This document shows positions 60,535-64,000 of a DNA stretch of 64,000 nt, piece after piece. This DNA is from the human T2T-CHM13v2.0 reference genome, Homo sapiens. A program made the position numbers and the translations under genes. The notes under the pieces are model-generated. The model was not told the DNA's origin. It did not search any database and saw nothing but the letters and a program-made list of their open reading frames with translations. The stretch lies in the NCBI RefSeq assembly GCF_009914755.1, contig NC_060929.1; one strand, written 5' to 3'. Numbering within the stretch: position 1 is the stretch's first letter; each line of letters begins with the position of its first letter.

Positions 60535-61920
60535 TTCTTTTTATAAATTTTATTAAGATATAACACACAAATAAATAAGACACGAATTATAAATATACAG
60601 CCCAACTAATTTTCAGAAAACTAATTTTCAGTGCCTGTGTAATCAGCACTCAAATTAAGAAATAGATGATATCAAGAATCTCAGGTAACTCTTTTTGTCT
60701 CCTTCACACTTCTCCCATGACAGGAGTAGCCGCTCCCCTGATTTCTGATGCATAGAGTAGTTTTATGAATTGAACTGTTTTTGAATCTACTGAATAGAAT
60801 TATATAGTATCTATTTTTTGTGTCTGGCTCTTTTTGCCCAATATTATATTGTGACCTTCATCCATGTATCACATATAGTTGTAGTTCATTCATTCTCATT
60901 ATTTTATAGTATTCCATTTTGTGGATATACCACAATTTATTTATTCATTCTTTCTGGATGAACATTTGGGTTGTTCCCAGTGTAAGGCCATTATAAATAG
61001 GGCTGCTGTGAAGATTCTTGTAAAAGTCTTTTGGTATGTGTATTTCTGTTGGATGCATAACTAGGAGTGGAATTCCTGGGTCAACTTATATATATTTTCT
61101 ATTGTAGATGCTACCAAACTGTTTTCAGAAGTAGCATACAGATTTAGACTCATCAGCAATGTATATGAGTTCCAGTTGCTCCACATTTGCCTTTTTCCTT
61201 TTAGCAAGTAGATGAGTTGTAGGATCACATTATGGTTTTAATTTGCATTTCCCTGGCAACTAGTACTTCTTTCATATTTGTTAGCCATTTGAGTAGCTAT
61301 CCTCTTTTATAAAGTACTTTTGTAAGTCTCTTGGTCACTTTTCTGTTAGGTCATCTGTTCTTTTCTTATTGTTGTACAAGTATTCTTCATATAGCCTTGA
61401 CATAAGTCCTTTTTTAGTTGTATATATTGTTAATATTGTCTCTCATTCTGTGGCTTATCTTTTCACTGTCTTGGCAGTGTGTCATGTTGAACAGAAATAC
61501 ATAACTTTAATGTAGTCCAGTTTCACAAGATTTTTTCTTTATGGCTAGTACTTTTTGTGTCTTGCTTAAGAAGACTTTACCTACCTCAAAGTCATAAAGA
61601 TATTCTTTTATAGTTTCTTCTGAAAGTTTCAGCTTTACCTTTTACTTTTAGATCTAGGTGTTCTATAGGTATGTGTGAGAGAGAGGGTCAAGATTTTTTG
61701 TTTGTTTGTTGGTACATAGATATCCTATTGAACTTGCATGATTTATTTTAATGTCATCCTTTCTTCTTACTGTATACCACTTTCACATAAATCAGTTACC
61801 AAATACATGCAGGTCTGTGTCTGGATTCTTGATTCTGTTCTGTTGATATAGTTGTCTGTCTTTGCCAGGGTATTACCCTATCTTAACTACTTAAGCTTTA
61901 TAGTAAGTCTTGATAACTGG
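60535..61920 (-). mobile_element. Ancient L1M (L1MB/MC/ME-type) 3' region
   Basis: tgtctggctctttttgcccaatatta...gtagttcattcattctcatt...tattccattttgtggatataccacaatttatttattcattc...ttttaatttgcatttccctg. Confidence 0.8.
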
Positions 61921-62711
61921 TTCTGAGATGGAAGCTGGATGATCCCATGGGGTACGGGGTGTAGAAGGGATTCTCTTCACATAGAGACTCCTACGAGAAA
62001 ATGTCTGCAGTGTTTTCTAACTGTGAGATACTATGATTCTGTTGGATTAGCAATGATTGTGGCTTTTCTCAAGGGTCTGGAAGAAATCAATAACAGACTC
62101 TATGTTAGTGATTTTTCTGAACAGTTTCACACCTAAAAGTGATGGGTAAAGCTCAGGATCAGGATAATTGTGGGTAGAAAAGACATCCTTTAGCATCCAA
62201 ACTTGGAGCATGCAAAACTCTAGGGAGTGCCAGAGGAAAGGCAAAGAAGGATTAATTATCTTTCATTTAAATTAACCTAAAAGAAGAAATTGCATTTCAA
62301 ATGAGATAGAAGGTACTGGGGGGACAAAAAGGAATTTGCCTTGCATTCAAAACATGGTTGCTTTTATTGACCCATAGTCTCAACTCAATGTGTAAGGAAA
62401 GCTGTGGGTTGCATCATCATATCGTTAGAGATGAAAAAGTAGGGGAAACAGCCAAGATGGCTGAATAGGAACAGCTCCGGTCTACAGCTCCCAGCGTGAG
62501 TGACAGAGAAGACGGGTGATTTCTGCATTTCCATCTGAGGTACCAGGTTCATCTCACTAGGGAGTGCCAGACAGTGGGCACAGGACAGTGGATGCAGCGC
62601 ACCATGCGCGAGCTGAAGCAGGGCGAGGCATTGCCTCACTCGGGAAACGCAAGGGATCAGGGAGTTCCCTTTCCTAGTCAAAGAAAGGGGTGACAGATGG
62701 CACCTGGAAAA

Positions 62712-62894
62712 TCAGGTCACTCCCGCCCTAATACTGCGCTTTTCCGATGCACTTAAAAAACGGCGCACCAGGAGATTATATCCCGCACCTGGCTCGGAGG
62801 GTCCTACCCCCACAGAGTCTCGCTGATTGCTAGCACAGCAGTCTGAGATCAAACTGCAAGGCGGCAGCAAGGCTGGGGGAGGGGCCCCCACCAT
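62712..62894 (-). other. L1 antisense ORF0 homologue (60 aa, C-terminally truncated)
   Basis: MVGAPPPALLPPCSLISDCCASNQRDSVGVGPSEPGAGYNLLVRRFLSASEKRSIRAGVT* matches recalled primate L1 ORF0; premature TGA at 62714-62712. Confidence 0.8.
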
Positions 62895-63477
62895 TGCCCA
62901 GGCTTGCTTAGGTAAACAAAGCAGCTGGGAAGCTCGAACTGGGTGGAGCCCACCACAGCTCAAGGAGGCCTGCCTGCCTCTGCAGGCTCCACCTCTGGGG
63001 GCAGGGCACAGACAAACAAAAAGACAGCAGTAACCTCTGCAGACTTAAATGTACCTGTCTGACAGCTTTGAAGAGAGCAGTGGTTCTCCCATCATGCAGC
63101 TGGAGATCTGAGAACGGGCAGACTGCCTCCTCAAGTGAGTCCCTAACCCCTGACCCCCAAGCAGCCTAACTGGGAGGCGCCCCCCAGTAGGGGCAGGCTG
63201 ATACCTCACACGGCCGGGTACTCCTCTGAGAAAAAACTTCCAGAGGAACGATCAGACAGCAGCATTTGCGGTTCACGAAAATCCGCGGTTCTGCAGCCAC
63301 CGCTGCTGTTACCCAGGCAAACAGGGTCTGGAGTGGTCCTCTAGCAAACTCCAACAGACCTGCAGCTGAGGGTCCTGTCTCTTAGAAGGAAAACTAACAA
63401 ACAGAAAGGACATCCACACCAAAAACCCATCTGTACATCACCATCATCAAAGACCAAAAGTAGATAAAACCACAAAG

Positions 63478-64000
63478 ATGGGGAAAAAAAACAGAGCAGA
63501 AAAACTGGAAACTCTAAAAAGCAGAGCGCCTCTCCTCCTCCAAAGGAACGCAGTTCCTCACCAGCAACGGAACAAAGCTGGACGGAGAATGACTTTGACG
63601 AGTTGAGAGAGGAAGGCTTCAGACGATCAAACTACTCCGAGCTACAAGAGGAAATTCAAACCAAAGGCAAAGAAGTTGAAAACTTTGAAAAAAATTTAGA
63701 TGAATGTATAACTAGAATAACCAATACAGAGAAGTGCTCAAAGGAGCTGATGGAGCTGAAAGCCAAGGCTTGAGAACTACGTGAAGAATGCAGAAGCCTC
63801 AGGAGCCGATGCGATCAACTGGAAGAAAGGGTATCAGTGATGGAAGATGAAATGAATGAAATGAAGCGAGAAGGGAAGTTTAGAGAAAAAAGAATAAAAA
63901 GAAATGAACAAAGCCTCCAAGAAATATGGGACTATGTGAAAAGACCAAATCTATGTCTGATTGGTGTACCTGAAAGTGATGGGGAGAATGGAACCAAGTT
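63478..64000 (+). pseudogene. L1 ORF1p, disabled
   Basis: ATGGGG followed by 8 A (recalled consensus has 6) gives a frameshift; CGA>TGA at 63771-63773 in the ELKAKA*ELREEC frame; downstream sequence still matches ORF1p (LQEIWDYVKRPNL). Confidence 0.88.

Larger units (their letters stand above)
62442..64000 (+). mobile_element. L1PA (about PA3-PA5 age) LINE-1, 5'-complete: 5'UTR plus start of ORF1; runs off the window
   Basis: GCCAAGATGGCTGAATAGGAACAGCTCCGGTCTACAGCTCCCAGCGTGAG is the L1 5' start; 5'UTR ~1035 bp; ORF1 ATG at 63478. Confidence 0.96.

Overview
Primate (most likely human) genomic DNA from the middle of GRIA1, the AMPA-type glutamate receptor subunit GluA1, on the + strand. Six internal coding exons with canonical AG/GT boundaries splice in frame: 13675-13836, 16169-16336, 25400-25504, 37217-37327, 38039-38245 and 44885-45255. 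They are probably exons 6-11; the numbering is recalled, not checked. They encode the C-terminal half of the amino-terminal domain, the S1 ligand-binding segment, M1 and the M2 pore loop with an unedited Q/R-site CAG. The rest is intron, rich in Alu, MIR, L2, old L1, MaLR/ERV LTRs and hAT DNA transposon fossils. The window ends inside a sense-oriented, 5'-complete but ORF1-dead L1PA element that keeps the ~128-bp 5'UTR segment lost in young L1s and an ORF0 homologue. I found no evidence of a wholly new biological system; nearly all short ORFs in the track are noise. The best leads are regulatory hypotheses: a T34 tract at the pore-exon acceptor, motif clusters resembling activity-dependent enhancers, candidate intronic polyadenylation, inverted Alu pairs around exons, the L1 antisense promoter/ORF0 and a 135-bp tandem duplication. 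Repeat subfamily names and boundaries were judged by eye and are approximate.
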